DNA of 37,605 nt from the IMG/VR virus record IMGVR_UViG_3300025671_000187, positions 1 to 37,605 of that record; one strand, given 5' to 3'. Under the pieces are notes generated by a model. That model was given only the letters and a program-made list of their open reading frames with translations. It was not told the origin of the DNA and ran no database searches. The stretch is from a virus (Duplodnaviria > Caudoviricetes). A program made the translations under genes and the position numbers. This document shows positions 9,745 through 18,425 of the stretch, one piece after another (position 1 is the stretch's first letter; every line of letters begins with the position of its first letter).

Positions 9745-10200
9745 CTACTCCACTATGCCGGGCACTGCGTGAAGAAAGCGCCCGATGTTGCATGGCCAGC
9801 CCGTGTCAGGCTTTGCGCTGGTACGAGCTGGCCACTGGTGCCAGTTGTAGGCCCGGATAACCCCGTGCCTTGTGAAATGCACAAGCACGATCGACACGGG
9901 TGTATCGTCGAGCCATTCCTGTTGTTGCTTCGGCACGTTGCTGCGAGGGAAGGTGTCTTTGCTGGTCATCTTGCACTCAACAGCGACGGCCTCGTGTCGA
10001 CGCGGGCCAGACAGCATCACGCCATAAAAGTCGACGTGACCTGCCTTGAGCCGAATGGCGCGGAACACACCACCCTTGTCTGCGCCACTGACCTGCCTGT
10101 AGGGCGGGTCGACCTTGTAGAGCCGCGCGATGCGCATGCTCAGGTACGTCTTCGCCGCCTTGGCGACCTCATCCTCAAGGCTAGCTCCTCGTTGTGCCAT
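9745..10200 (-). CDS. recU: RecU-like Holliday junction resolvase
   Basis: RGASLE...YL...IARLYKVDPP...VDFYG...VECKMT...FP.SNV..QQ parallels RecU RGMxLE...KKPTP...DYNG...FEAKET...FPLxN..HQ. Confidence 0.75.
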   Translation of the reverse strand: MAQRGASLEDEVAKAAKTYLSMRIARLYKVDPPYRQVSGADKGGVFRAIRLKAGHVDFYGVMLSGPRRHEAVAVECKMTSKDTFPRSNVPKQQQEWLDDTPVSIVLVHFTRHGVIRAYNWHQWPARTSAKPDTGWPCNIGRFLHAVPGIVE

Positions 10201-10277
10201 CGTTTACGCTCCGTGTGCTGGTTCGCTCCGCCAGTAGACCCCCTGCCAGCATCCGGGGCTGGCAGGGGGTCGCTTGG

Positions 10278-10934
10278 CTAGCCCTGCTCTGGCTCGACGT
10301 CGGCGACTTTCCAGCTACGCGCCTCGGCGTACAGCCGGCGCAGATTGGAGTAGTCCATCGTGTGAACCTCTTCGAGCGCCGGGGCGCTCTCCGGCACCAC
10401 ACGGCTCTCGTACAGCTCGACGACGCGGTCGATGCCTTCGAGGCGGCGCTTCTCCTGCTCCTGCTCCGCCTGCTTCTTGCGGTCGTCTGCACCGAACACG
10501 GCGTTGTTTGTCTCATCCGGGTCGTTGCCCGTCTCGATGAGCATGGTCTGGCGCAGCGCGTACTTGAGCGCGCCCGTCATCGCCTTGTAGCTGCCTTTGT
10601 CGTCGTTGCCGAAGGACTCGCCGATCGCCTGCACGTCGAAGAACGACCCGCTGGCAGCGTGCGTGTAGCGGTAGCAGTGCCGCCACAGCATGTGGATCTT
10701 CGGACCCCTCTCTGTTTGGACGACCTCGTGGTGGATGAGTTCGCTCTCGCAGCACCTGATCGACAGCCCGACGTCGACCATGTACGGCCTGCACGCGGCG
10801 ATGAACTGCGCCTCCCCAGCGTAGGCGTAGTTGCCCCCGCCCTTGACCCGGTCGGCCTTGTGGACGTAGCCCACCCGCTCCATGACGTACTGCAACGCCT
10901 CGTAGACGTTCTTGACGGATTCCTTTGAAATCAT
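10278..10934 (-). CDS. ERF-family single-strand annealing protein
   Basis: NYAYA motif and DDKGSYKAMTGALKYALRQTMLIETGNDPD (ERF signature G.A.TYA.KYAL...DxD); start overlaps the upstream stop. Confidence 0.85.
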   Translation of the reverse strand: MISKESVKNVYEALQYVMERVGYVHKADRVKGGGNYAYAGEAQFIAACRPYMVDVGLSIRCCESELIHHEVVQTERGPKIHMLWRHCYRYTHAASGSFFDVQAIGESFGNDDKGSYKAMTGALKYALRQTMLIETGNDPDETNNAVFGADDRKKQAEQEQEKRRLEGIDRVVELYESRVVPESAPALEEVHTMDYSNLRRLYAEARSWKVADVEPEQG

Positions 10935-11242
10935 TGAACCTTCTCCCGGTTTATGTAGATGCTCCAAGGCACGCGATGACGCGCCAGTCGCAGCTCCTCG
11001 CGCTCGACGGACATGCTCTCAGGGTCGCGGGTCCACAACGCCGACTTGGGTATCCCAAGCTCCGCTGCGAGACGCCGGGCAATCCACATTGGGGGCACCC
11101 GGTCGCCGTTCTCGTAGCGGGAGATCGACGGCTGGTCCCGGCCCACGAGCAGGCCAAGCTGGCGCTGGCTGAGGCCCCGCTCAAGGCGGGCGCTCCTCAG
11201 CGCGTCAGGGTCGAAAGCGATGGTGACTGGAAGGCACGTCAT
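10931..11242 (-). CDS. XRE-family HTH regulator
   Basis: LRSARLERGLSQRQLGLLVGRDQPSISRYENGDRVP...LAAELGI. Confidence 0.85.
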   Translation of the reverse strand: MTCLPVTIAFDPDALRSARLERGLSQRQLGLLVGRDQPSISRYENGDRVPPMWIARRLAAELGIPKSALWTRDPESMSVEREELRLARHRVPWSIYINREKVQ

Positions 11243-11251
11243 GGCGTCCTC

Positions 11252-11280
11252 ATGCTATGTGATGGTTACTCACCGGTCAA
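11252..11280 (-). promoter_or_regulatory. Sigma70-type promoter
   Basis: TTGACC (11280-11275), 17-bp spacer, TAGCAT (11257-11252); ends 9 nt upstream of the ATG at 11242. Confidence 0.6.
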
Positions 11281-12147
11281 CACCTGTGACTGGCTCATTC
11301 TCTTGCGGCGCGCTTCCTCGCGCCTCCTCGCCGCCCTCGCCTCCGCCTCCTCCATGCGGCGGACGAGGTCGTCCGGCAGCTCCTCGCTGGCCGGGCGCTC
11401 CGGTGGTGGACTGGCCTTCTTGCGTATGCGGTCAAGCCGGTGGCCAAGCTCGTCGAGCTTCGCCCCCTTGTCCTTGTTGAGGAGCCACGTCAGCGACCAG
11501 ACCCAGCCGGAGTCGTTGCTGCCCATCATGAAGCGGTCGTGGACCAGCATGGTGAACAGCTCACGCCACCAGTCCGGGTCGGGCCGCTCCTCCCATCGGG
11601 CCGCTGCTGCCTTGGCGACGGCGGCGTGGTTGGGAGGGGGGCACAGGCCCCTCGTGACCTCGACGTAGGCATCCACCAAGGGTGCCCATGTTGGCGGCGT
11701 CCTGCCCCCCTTGCCGGGCTTCCTGCGGGGGGTCTGCCCCCCGACAGGCTTGGTTCCTTGGCTTGGTTCCTTGGCTTGGTTCTTTACAGCCGCCACTTTT
11801 GGCGGGTCACTCCCGCCATTTCTGTCAGGTGTCTCCTGCCGTTTCTGGCTGGTCGCCACATCTGGCGAGTCGCCAGATCTGGCTGGTGTCAGGATGCGAA
11901 AGACTTTGCGCCGCCCCATGCGACGTGTGGTGACGTACCCGTTCTTCTCCAGCTCAGAGACGCAGCGCGAGAGAGTTCTCTCGGACATGCCTGCCTCCTT
12001 GGCGAGCGTGTCGAAGCCGGGCCAGCACTCAGCCGCACCCGTCCGCTCGGCTGCTGTGTAGCTGTTGAGCAGCGCCACAAGCAGTCGAGCGGACGGGGAT
12101 AGGTTGCGGTCGCCAAGCACACGCTTCGACAACCACGGGCGAGCCAT
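11266..12147 (-). CDS. Replication initiator, N-terminal winged HTH (lambda O-like organisation)
   Basis: LSPSARLLVALL...CWPGFDTLAKEAGMSERTLSRCVSELEKNGYV (HTH_36-like); low-complexity linker overlying DNA repeats; ATG 12147 coupled to the upstream TGA. Confidence 0.75.
   Translation of the reverse strand: MARPWLSKRVLGDRNLSPSARLLVALLNSYTAAERTGAAECWPGFDTLAKEAGMSERTLSRCVSELEKNGYVTTRRMGRRKVFRILTPARSGDSPDVATSQKRQETPDRNGGSDPPKVAAVKNQAKEPSQGTKPVGGQTPRRKPGKGGRTPPTWAPLVDAYVEVTRGLCPPPNHAAVAKAAAARWEERPDPDWWRELFTMLVHDRFMMGSNDSGWVWSLTWLLNKDKGAKLDELGHRLDRIRKKASPPPERPASEELPDDLVRRMEEAEARAARRREEARRKRMSQSQVLTGE
11747..11884. repeat. Putative replication origin: three 13-mers plus five iterons
   Basis: GGCTTGGTTC(C/T)TT x3 in tandem at 11747-11785; CGCCA-N4-TGGCG-like palindromes at 11791, 11814, 11837, 11854 and 11871, inside the initiator gene. 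Confidence 0.7.
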
Positions 12148-13103
12148 CAGAGCCACCCTTTCCCGACCTCGACGACCTCACCGGCTGGGCGTGACCACGC
12201 GCCGTCCTCGTGGGCGATGACGCGGTCGACGCCACGCATCCACTGGTCCAGCGAGGACTGCCACCAGTCGGCGTTGATGGTGCGCTGCCACAGCCAGTCG
12301 TGGTTGCTGGCGATGAAGACGAGCCGGTGCTCAAGGCGGAGCTTGCCGGACTCGCGCGCCTCGCGCAGGCCGGGAAAGTCGTTGTCGAGGCGACCGTCGG
12401 AGATCCACGACCAGAGACACACACCGTGGTGGACGGCTTGAAGGTCGTAGCGGAACTTGCGGATGGAGTTGTCGACCTCGCGGTCTGTCTCTGCCGACGT
12501 GGTCTTCCAGTCGATCCAGACCAACCGCTCGCCATCCCACGCCAAGTGGTCGGGCAGACCCTTGAACGGGACGCCCTTGACCTCGCAGTAGACGGGCACC
12601 TCGACGCAGCAGTGCATCTTGATGATGTCGGCGAGGTCGGCGTAGCCCTTGAGCTTCGACAGGCGCTGGATGCGCTCGTGCAAGACCTTGGCCTGCTCCA
12701 GCTCGGAGCCACGGACAAGCAGGTTGCCCGACTTGGTGGCCTGCTGGATGAGCTTGGCACCCTCTGGCTTGGTTTTCTTGTCGAGCCGGGGGATGGACCA
12801 AACGATGATGTCCTGCTCGCGACCCTCGATCATGGCGTGCAGCGCCTTGCCGAGACGAAGCGCACTGTCGCGCCCGAACGGGTTGCCATCGGCGAAGACG
12901 ACCTCCGGGTCGCCACTGATCAACGCATCGTTGCGCTTCTTCTCGGTGGCCTTGGCCTCGAGTCCGTGCTGCATGCAGTTGGCGGCGATGTGCTTGAAGT
13001 GGCTGCTACGCCAGTGCTCGCACAGGTCGTAGTTCTCCTCCGGCTCAGGCACGGAAGCAACGTCGAACCCCGCGTTGCGATAGAAAAAATCCATGATGTC
13101 CAT
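12147..13103 (-). CDS. RecE/ExoVIII-like PD-(D/E)XK exonuclease
   Basis: ALRLGKALHAMIE, EVPVY, FKGLPDHL, IDWKTT and YDLQA motifs; two genes upstream of the ERF annealase in the same run. Confidence 0.8.
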   Translation of the reverse strand: MDIMDFFYRNAGFDVASVPEPEENYDLCEHWRSSHFKHIAANCMQHGLEAKATEKKRNDALISGDPEVVFADGNPFGRDSALRLGKALHAMIEGREQDIIVWSIPRLDKKTKPEGAKLIQQATKSGNLLVRGSELEQAKVLHERIQRLSKLKGYADLADIIKMHCCVEVPVYCEVKGVPFKGLPDHLAWDGERLVWIDWKTTSAETDREVDNSIRKFRYDLQAVHHGVCLWSWISDGRLDNDFPGLREARESGKLRLEHRLVFIASNHDWLWQRTINADWWQSSLDQWMRGVDRVIAHEDGAWSRPAGEVVEVGKGWL

Positions 13104-13415
13104 TCAGTCCTCCAGATCGAGTGCTTCGATGATGAGATCGGCCATCACGCGGCGGGCTGCGCGTCGCGTGCTGGCGGTGTAGGCGTGTCGCTGGTCCTCG
13201 ACCTCGACGACGTGGCCGACGTCGTTGGACGCAGCCCACTTGCTGGCGTACTCCAGCGGCGAGCGGCACTCGGAAGGCAGGGTGCGCAGCGCGATAGTGC
13301 CAAGCGACCGTCGTCGCTCAAGGTTGTGCAGCAGGCGCTGCCTGATCTTCTCCATGTCGCCGAACGTGCCTTCCCAAGCCAGATCGACGAGCCGTTGGAC
13401 ATGGTTGGTAGCCAT
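13104..13415 (-). CDS. Hypothetical early protein
   Basis: ATG 13415 with AAGGAG; abuts the exonuclease start. Confidence 0.6.
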   Translation of the reverse strand: MATNHVQRLVDLAWEGTFGDMEKIRQRLLHNLERRRSLGTIALRTLPSECRSPLEYASKWAASNDVGHVVEVEDQRHAYTASTRRAARRVMADLIIEALDLED

Positions 13416-13510
13416 GACGCTCCTTGCCCCTGTCGGGGCGCTGTGTGACGGCGGAATGCCGCCACGTCGCATACCCACCGACCGAAGCCGATGGGCATGG
13501 TGACGTGGCG
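13416..13510 (-). promoter_or_regulatory. Structured intergenic leader element A
   Basis: Minus strand: CGCCACGTC-AC-CATGCCCATCGGC-TTCG-GTCGGTGGGTATG-C-GACGTGGCG; GGCATTCCGCC; GCCCC-GACA-GGGGC-AAGGAG-N4-ATG. Confidence 0.75.
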
Positions 13511-13831
13511 TCAGTCTGTGAACGGGATGCCAATCGCGTCCTTGATGTGCTCAGTCAGCTCGTCGAGGCCACGGTCGCTCCCCTCCACATGCTCGACGCT
13601 CTCAAGGGCGGCGAGGAGGCGCGCGTCGGCGTCGCTGGAGATACGCCTGAGCAGGAAAAGCAAGAGCAGCTTCTCCTCGTCGGCGTTGATGTGGATGCTG
13701 CTGTTGATGCTTGTGGCCCAGCGCGTGATCGAGAACGAACTGGTGTGGCTGTAGAGTTGAAGGCTCCTGTATTCGTCCTCGATGGACGTGCGGGACATCG
13801 ACTCTTTGTCGAGTCGGTAGGTCGCTGCCAT
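13511..13831 (-). CDS. Hypothetical early protein
   Basis: ATG 13831 (MAATYRL) with GGAG SD. Confidence 0.6.
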   Translation of the reverse strand: MAATYRLDKESMSRTSIEDEYRSLQLYSHTSSFSITRWATSINSSIHINADEEKLLLLFLLRRISSDADARLLAALESVEHVEGSDRGLDELTEHIKDAIGIPFTD

Positions 13832-13892
13832 GACATGCTCCAGCGCGTTGGTAGGCAGCCGCGCCCCTGCCGTTGGGTTGTGGCGAGGTGTC

Positions 13893-14663
13893 CTAGAAGT
13901 TCCAGCAGACGATGTCTTCGACGTCGAACAGGTTGGACAGGGCGGCGAGGAACTTGTGAGTGCCGTGGGCCTCAAGAAGAGCGTTTAGCTCGTCATCGAG
14001 GCCAGCGTTACTCGCGACGACGCACGACTTGTTCGACGCGACCTTGCGCAGCTCATCCACGTCGAGACTGTCGAGCAGCTCGTACAGCATCGCATCACGG
14101 ACCTCGTCATCGCCGTGGTACTCGTCGTGCAGCCAGCGCACGACGTCGTCGGCCTCGATCTCCATCATCCCGTTCTCGCGCAGGTACTCCGTGACCCGGT
14201 GCATGCCGAAGACGCTCTGCGCAGATTCGAGCACGTCGGACAAGCAGACGGTGCTGACGCTGGTCAGCTCATCGAGGAAGTTGCACCACACCCCGTTCAG
14301 CACGGCCTCGCCGACACGAACGACGAAGTCGTCGTCTCCCTGCACGATGAGGGCCAAGACTTCCGGCAGACGGTTGATGAGGGAGAGCTGGCGCTCGCCG
14401 TCGTTCAGGAACGCGAGACGCGCCGACTTGCTGTCAGCGAGCGCCAGCAGGGAGACAGAGTCGGAGAGCGCGCTCACTGCCTCGGCGATGGCGCTGGCCG
14501 GCAGACTCTCCGGCAGCACGCCGGACTTCGCGATGTTGCGCCAGCCCTCCTTGACGGGCGTGACTTCCACCTCCTTGACGGAGGGCTCGTCCCTACGCCG
14601 ACTGAGGTCGATGAGGGCGTTGGCGATGTCCTCGAGGGCCTTCTGGATGTTCTCGTTGCTCAT
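13893..14663 (-). CDS. Acidic hypothetical early protein
   Basis: ATG 14663 (MSNENIQ) after the leader hairpin; D/E-rich helical C-terminus. Confidence 0.7.
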   Translation of the reverse strand: MSNENIQKALEDIANALIDLSRRRDEPSVKEVEVTPVKEGWRNIAKSGVLPESLPASAIAEAVSALSDSVSLLALADSKSARLAFLNDGERQLSLINRLPEVLALIVQGDDDFVVRVGEAVLNGVWCNFLDELTSVSTVCLSDVLESAQSVFGMHRVTEYLRENGMMEIEADDVVRWLHDEYHGDDEVRDAMLYELLDSLDVDELRKVASNKSCVVASNAGLDDELNALLEAHGTHKFLAALSNLFDVEDIVCWNF

Positions 14664-14770
14664 GGTTTTCTCTCTTGCCCCGCTTGGGGCTACTTGTGCG
14701 GCATGTTCGCCGCTTGATTGAGACGCATACACTGGCGCAACCTTAGCGTCAAGTGCTGTCATGCGTCGCT
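14664..14770 (-). promoter_or_regulatory. Leader element G with possible sigma70 promoter
   Basis: TTGACG (14752-14747), 17 bp, TATGCG (imperfect -10); then GCGGCG-AACA-TGCCGC and GCCCC-AAGC-GGGGC-AAGAGAG before the ATG. Confidence 0.55.
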
Positions 14771-15106
14771 TCAGTCCTTGTTGAGGGACGACCCGATGGC
14801 GTCGTTGTAGGCGTCGATGCCAAGCCCCATGCCCATCTGCATGGCGTATTCTCGGCGGTCGGCCTCATCCTCTCGGCGCTCCCTGTGCTTGCGCTGCTGG
14901 ACCGCCACGTCGGTTGGTTTGTGCAGCTCGTGCTCCGTCTCGATGAAGCCCTGCACATAGACGAGGCTTACCCAATAGCCCTCCTCGGTGTACGAACTGT
15001 TGGCGATGAGACCCTTGGCCTGATCGAAGGTCAGGTTCTCGTGGTACTCGACGTCGACCGCGCCATACTCCAGCGGGTGGCGGTCCCAAACGATCACTGC
15101 GTACAT
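14771..15106 (-). CDS. Hypothetical early protein
   Basis: 111 aa ORF with AGGAGG SD, tightly packed with its neighbours. Confidence 0.7.
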   Translation of the reverse strand: MYAVIVWDRHPLEYGAVDVEYHENLTFDQAKGLIANSSYTEEGYWVSLVYVQGFIETEHELHKPTDVAVQQRKHRERREDEADRREYAMQMGMGLGIDAYNDAIGSSLNKD

Positions 15107-15107
15107 G

Positions 15108-15692
15108 TCAGTCCTCCTTCCTGCTGCGGTGGACGATGACGCCCTCGCGCGTCTCTTCGACGAGGTCAGGGTGGTAGACCATGTTGATCAGAGCCCATCC
15201 CTTCGCTTCCGGCATCATGTGGCACAGCTCAAGGAGCGCACGCATGCTGCGACGTTCCTCGCGCAAGCCGAACGGCCTGAATCTGGTGAACTTGGTAACG
15301 AAGTCGATCATCGTCGCGGCGTTCGTGAAGCCAGAGTTGTTGATGCGCATGGTGTCGTGCTTGCCAGTAAAGTCGCGGTACAACTTGCTGCTGCACAGGT
15401 ACAAGTTGCTATGGGGCCACCGCTCCTCGTCCTCGACGTGCAGTTCGCAAGCCTCGATCGGGCCGCAGTTCTGCTTGTAGATGGTGACGCCATCGGGCAG
15501 CAGACGGTCGATGTATTCGCCGACCGTCATCATCCGCACCTCCATGTTGCAGTCATCGCACCACGCGCGATCGTCCTCGCACGAGCCAAGGTCTTCGTCG
15601 GTATCGAAGTTGACCCGCGCCCAGACGCGCGTCTGCACGTCGATGCTTCCGCACTCGGCACAGCAGATGTGCCCCCACTTGATGTCAGTCAT
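15108..15692 (-). CDS. Hypothetical protein with N-terminal zinc ribbon
   Basis: CAECGS...WCDDC (two CxxC); ATG 15692 with AAGGAG. Confidence 0.7.
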   Translation of the reverse strand: MTDIKWGHICCAECGSIDVQTRVWARVNFDTDEDLGSCEDDRAWCDDCNMEVRMMTVGEYIDRLLPDGVTIYKQNCGPIEACELHVEDEERWPHSNLYLCSSKLYRDFTGKHDTMRINNSGFTNAATMIDFVTKFTRFRPFGLREERRSMRALLELCHMMPEAKGWALINMVYHPDLVEETREGVIVHRSRKED

Positions 15693-15789
15693 GTCATCAC
15701 TCCTTTGCCTCATGTCGAGGCTGGGCGCGGCGAAATGCCGGGCTCCCGCATGCCCACCGACCGAAGCCGATGGGCATGGTGGGAGCGCG
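15693..15789 (-). promoter_or_regulatory. Structured intergenic leader element B
   Basis: Core 15747-15781 is 34/35 identical to 13468-13502; outer stem GCTCCC/GGGAGC; GGCATTTCGCC; GCCTC-GACAT-GAGGC-AAAGGAG. Confidence 0.75.
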
Positions 15790-16065
15790 TCAGTCCATGC
15801 GCATCAGGGTCCACTCGAAGCGCGGTCCGGGCATGCCAGACCAGCAGCAGTCGCACGAGCTGGTGCCGAACTCCTCGCGGTCGCGGTGCTCCATGATGAG
15901 GTAGCCGCCGTCCTCGACGCGCTCCAGCGCCTGATCGACGACGACGTCATGGTCGTCGGGCAGGTCGAAGCCCTCGGGCGTCATGCCGTAGGCGTGGTGC
16001 AGCATGATGGCGTTGCAGTCGGGGCAGACGCTCCACTGCTCCGTGTCGTGGTTGTTCTCAGACAT
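15790..16065 (-). CDS. Small Cys-rich (CxxC...CxxC) acidic protein
   Basis: VCPDC and SCDCC motifs; ATG 16065 with GAGGAG. Confidence 0.65.
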   Translation of the reverse strand: MSENNHDTEQWSVCPDCNAIMLHHAYGMTPEGFDLPDDHDVVVDQALERVEDGGYLIMEHRDREEFGTSSCDCCWSGMPGPRFEWTLMRMD

Positions 16066-16387
16066 CGTCTTGCTCCTCGCCTGCATCGGCGTTGAGCCGC
16101 GCACAGTGGATGTGGTTGCCCAGCTTTTCGTTGACCTTGTCGCGGTACAACGTCAGCGCGGCGTGCAGCCGCTCGTCCTCGTTGGCGAACTGGACCGGGG
16201 TGAAGTAGTTGCCCCAATAGGTCGAGACGATGCGGCCGGACTTGGCGTCGACCATGCACTGCCAGACGACGTACTCCTCGCCGACCTTGCACAGGCACCA
16301 GCCGTCGACGTTACCGTCGCCGTTCGGGCGGGGGTGGACGGCGGACCAGAACAGGTACTGCCGGTCTTCGTTGTTGTAGTGGTGCAT
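16058..16387 (-). CDS. Hypothetical early protein
   Basis: 109 aa, translationally coupled on both sides. Confidence 0.65.
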   Translation of the reverse strand: MHHYNNEDRQYLFWSAVHPRPNGDGNVDGWCLCKVGEEYVVWQCMVDAKSGRIVSTYWGNYFTPVQFANEDERLHAALTLYRDKVNEKLGNHIHCARLNADAGEEQDDV

Positions 16388-16635
16388 CAGGCGTTCTCCT
16401 TGTTGCGGTTGGCCATGCGGCGCTCGATCTCCTCGACCACGCGGGGCAGAAGCTGCTTGGCGGTGCGCCCCGCGAAGCCCATCTGCCGGGCCACCTTGAC
16501 CGGGCTGACCTTGCTCATGCGGATGCCCTTGATGTGCATGCGCAGCGCGGCCTTGAGGGTGATGAGCCTCATCAGCTCGATGTCCTGCTTTCCGGTGATG
16601 ACGTGACCCCCTCCGGGGATTTTCTCGATGGTCAT
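16387..16635 (-). CDS. Small basic hypothetical protein
   Basis: ATG 16635 (MTIEKIPG) with GGAG; Lys/Arg-rich. Confidence 0.6.
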   Translation of the reverse strand: MTIEKIPGGGHVITGKQDIELMRLITLKAALRMHIKGIRMSKVSPVKVARQMGFAGRTAKQLLPRVVEEIERRMANRNKENA

Positions 16636-16636
16636 T

Positions 16637-16972
16637 TCACAGCTCCATGTTGTTGGCCCGCTCGATGATGAGAGGGATGCGCTTGTGGAAACGCTGGGGG
16701 ACGCGGGGGGCGGGCTGCTCGAACGAGTCGAAGTGGGTCGGCAGGATGCCGTCCACCTCCTCCGCGTAGCCCCGCGAGTAGAGGTCGCCGGCCTTGTAGA
16801 ACCGACGCTGCACCTCGATGCAGACGCGCGCGTGCTCGCCGCGCATGATGGCGTAGGTGCGGGCGATCGGCCCCAGCTCCTTCGTGTCCTCGAAGAAGAA
16901 CTGCTGCTCGATCTCACCGAACTCGTTGAGCCCCTGCACCGCGTACTCGTAGTCGACGCGCCGGCCCATCAC
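16637..16972 (-). CDS. Hypothetical early protein
   Basis: GTG/ATG start overlapping the upstream stop; GAGG SD. Confidence 0.65.
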   Translation of the reverse strand: MMGRRVDYEYAVQGLNEFGEIEQQFFFEDTKELGPIARTYAIMRGEHARVCIEVQRRFYKAGDLYSRGYAEEVDGILPTHFDSFEQPAPRVPQRFHKRIPLIIERANNMEL

Positions 16973-17262
16973 GACACCTCGCTGAGGCTCAAGTCCTCAC
17001 CGTAGAGCACGATCGCCTCGTCGAGCTGGCGGAACTCCGCGCTGCTCGCGTCGCGGAACTCCTCGACGTACTTGGCGCGCAGGTACTTGAGCAGGAACAG
17101 CTCAGCGCGGGCCTTCTGCTGCTCCAGCGGGCACCCGGTCTTGTTGGCGCGCTCGATGTGGCCGTGCAGCTTGGCGCACGAGTTGTAGGCCCGGCTGATG
17201 AGCCTCGTCTGCCGGGCGCGCTTGCGCAGCGCCTTCACGCCGCAATCCTGTGGAACGTACAT
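16969..17262 (-). CDS. Hypothetical early protein
   Basis: 97 aa; GGAGGA SD after leader C. Confidence 0.65.
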   Translation of the reverse strand: MYVPQDCGVKALRKRARQTRLISRAYNSCAKLHGHIERANKTGCPLEQQKARAELFLLKYLRAKYVEEFRDASSAEFRQLDEAIVLYGEDLSLSEVS

Positions 17263-17367
17263 GGAATCCTCCCCCCATCGGGGTGTTGTGTTGCGCCCTT
17301 GCGGGCGTGGTGGCCAATGACACCAGTCCTGCCCCGGAACGCTCGCGCGCTCCGGGGCAGAGTGGAA
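17263..17367 (-). promoter_or_regulatory. Structured intergenic leader element C
   Basis: CTGCCCCGGAGCGC-GCGA-GCGTTCCGGGGCAG hairpin (17329-17360); CGCCC-GCAA-GGGCG; CAACACAACA linker; CCCC-GAT-GGGG-GGAGGA. Confidence 0.7.
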
Positions 17368-18318
17368 TCACTCGCCCATGTAGGGACGTCCGGGGTAGAA
17401 CGGGAACACGACCAGCCCGCAGTCGTCGTGGCAGACAGCGAGGTACTTGATGCCGTTGTCGTCCTTGACCCAGCCGATGTTGTTGCCCTCCTCGTCCTCG
17501 GCGAGCGAGAAGCCCTCCGACTCAGCGTGGTACGACGGGTTGGAGCTGTAGCCGCGCGAGAACTCGCCACGGTCGTTGTAGCTCTCCGCCATGTCCTCGG
17601 CGCGCTCCAGATCGCTCTCGTCGTCCTCATCGGGAGCCATCGCCTCGATGCGCTGCGGGATGAGGCTGGGGTCGCCGATGTACCACTCGACGCTCAGGTC
17701 GATCGGGATGGCGTACTCGCCCTCGAAGTAGCCGAACTGCGGCGAGCTGTAGCCGCCGCGCACGTCCGCGCCGTTGTGCGTCTGGATGACGATGAAGCGG
17801 AACGGCAGGGCCCACCCGTCGACGAGGTCGGCCAGCTCCTCCGCCTCCTCCGTGCTGTCGCAGTGGTCGAACAGGTAGTGCAGCGGCGGGTCGTAGTCCG
17901 TCGTCTCGAAGTCGGCCCACAGCCAGTCGCCGGAGTGGTGGTCCTTGGCCTCGAACACGCTGTAGACGAAGTTCTGATCGAGGTCGTTCTCGCTGTTGTA
18001 GGTGTTGTCGCGCGCGACCTCCTCGTAGCCCAGCATGTCCGCGAGCCGGTAGACGTCCTCCATCCACGAGTTGTTGTCGTCGGCGATGTGGTCGAACACC
18101 TTGTGCAGCCCGGTGTGGTACTCCCACAGGTCCGCGAGCAGCTTGGTCAGGTTGATCTGGCACGACCCGTCGATGTCCCACGGCTTCTCGTCGAGCGTGA
18201 TCGGGCTCTCGTCCGGCGCGGGCTGCTGCCAGTGCCGCCCGCTCGCGCCCCCGCTGTCGAGGAAGTGCTTGCCGGTGTTCTCGCGCGTGATCTCCAGCGC
18301 GGTGTTGTAGCTGATCAT
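17368..18318 (-). CDS. Highly acidic conserved-looking phage protein
   Basis: 316 aa, very D/E-rich; motif-like blocks ENTGKHFLDSGG..GRHWQ, DNTYNSE and QTHNGADVRGGYSSP. Confidence 0.75.
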   Translation of the reverse strand: MISYNTALEITRENTGKHFLDSGGASGRHWQQPAPDESPITLDEKPWDIDGSCQINLTKLLADLWEYHTGLHKVFDHIADDNNSWMEDVYRLADMLGYEEVARDNTYNSENDLDQNFVYSVFEAKDHHSGDWLWADFETTDYDPPLHYLFDHCDSTEEAEELADLVDGWALPFRFIVIQTHNGADVRGGYSSPQFGYFEGEYAIPIDLSVEWYIGDPSLIPQRIEAMAPDEDDESDLERAEDMAESYNDRGEFSRGYSSNPSYHAESEGFSLAEDEEGNNIGWVKDDNGIKYLAVCHDDCGLVVFPFYPGRPYMGE

Positions 18319-18425
18319 TCTCTCACTCCGATGCCCCTTGTTGAGGCTCTCTGCTGGTTGGCGTAACTGCCAGCCATGCGCATGCGCACCACCTCTCGCA
18401 AGGTGATGCGCATGGTGCTTGGCTA
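18319..18425 (-). promoter_or_regulatory. Structured intergenic leader element F
   Basis: TAGCCA-AGC-AC-CATGCGCATCACCTT-GCGA-GAGGTGGTGCGCATG-C-GCA-TGGCTG; GGCAGTTACGCC; CAGCAGAGA; GCCTC-AACAA-GGGGC-ATCGGAG. Confidence 0.75.
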
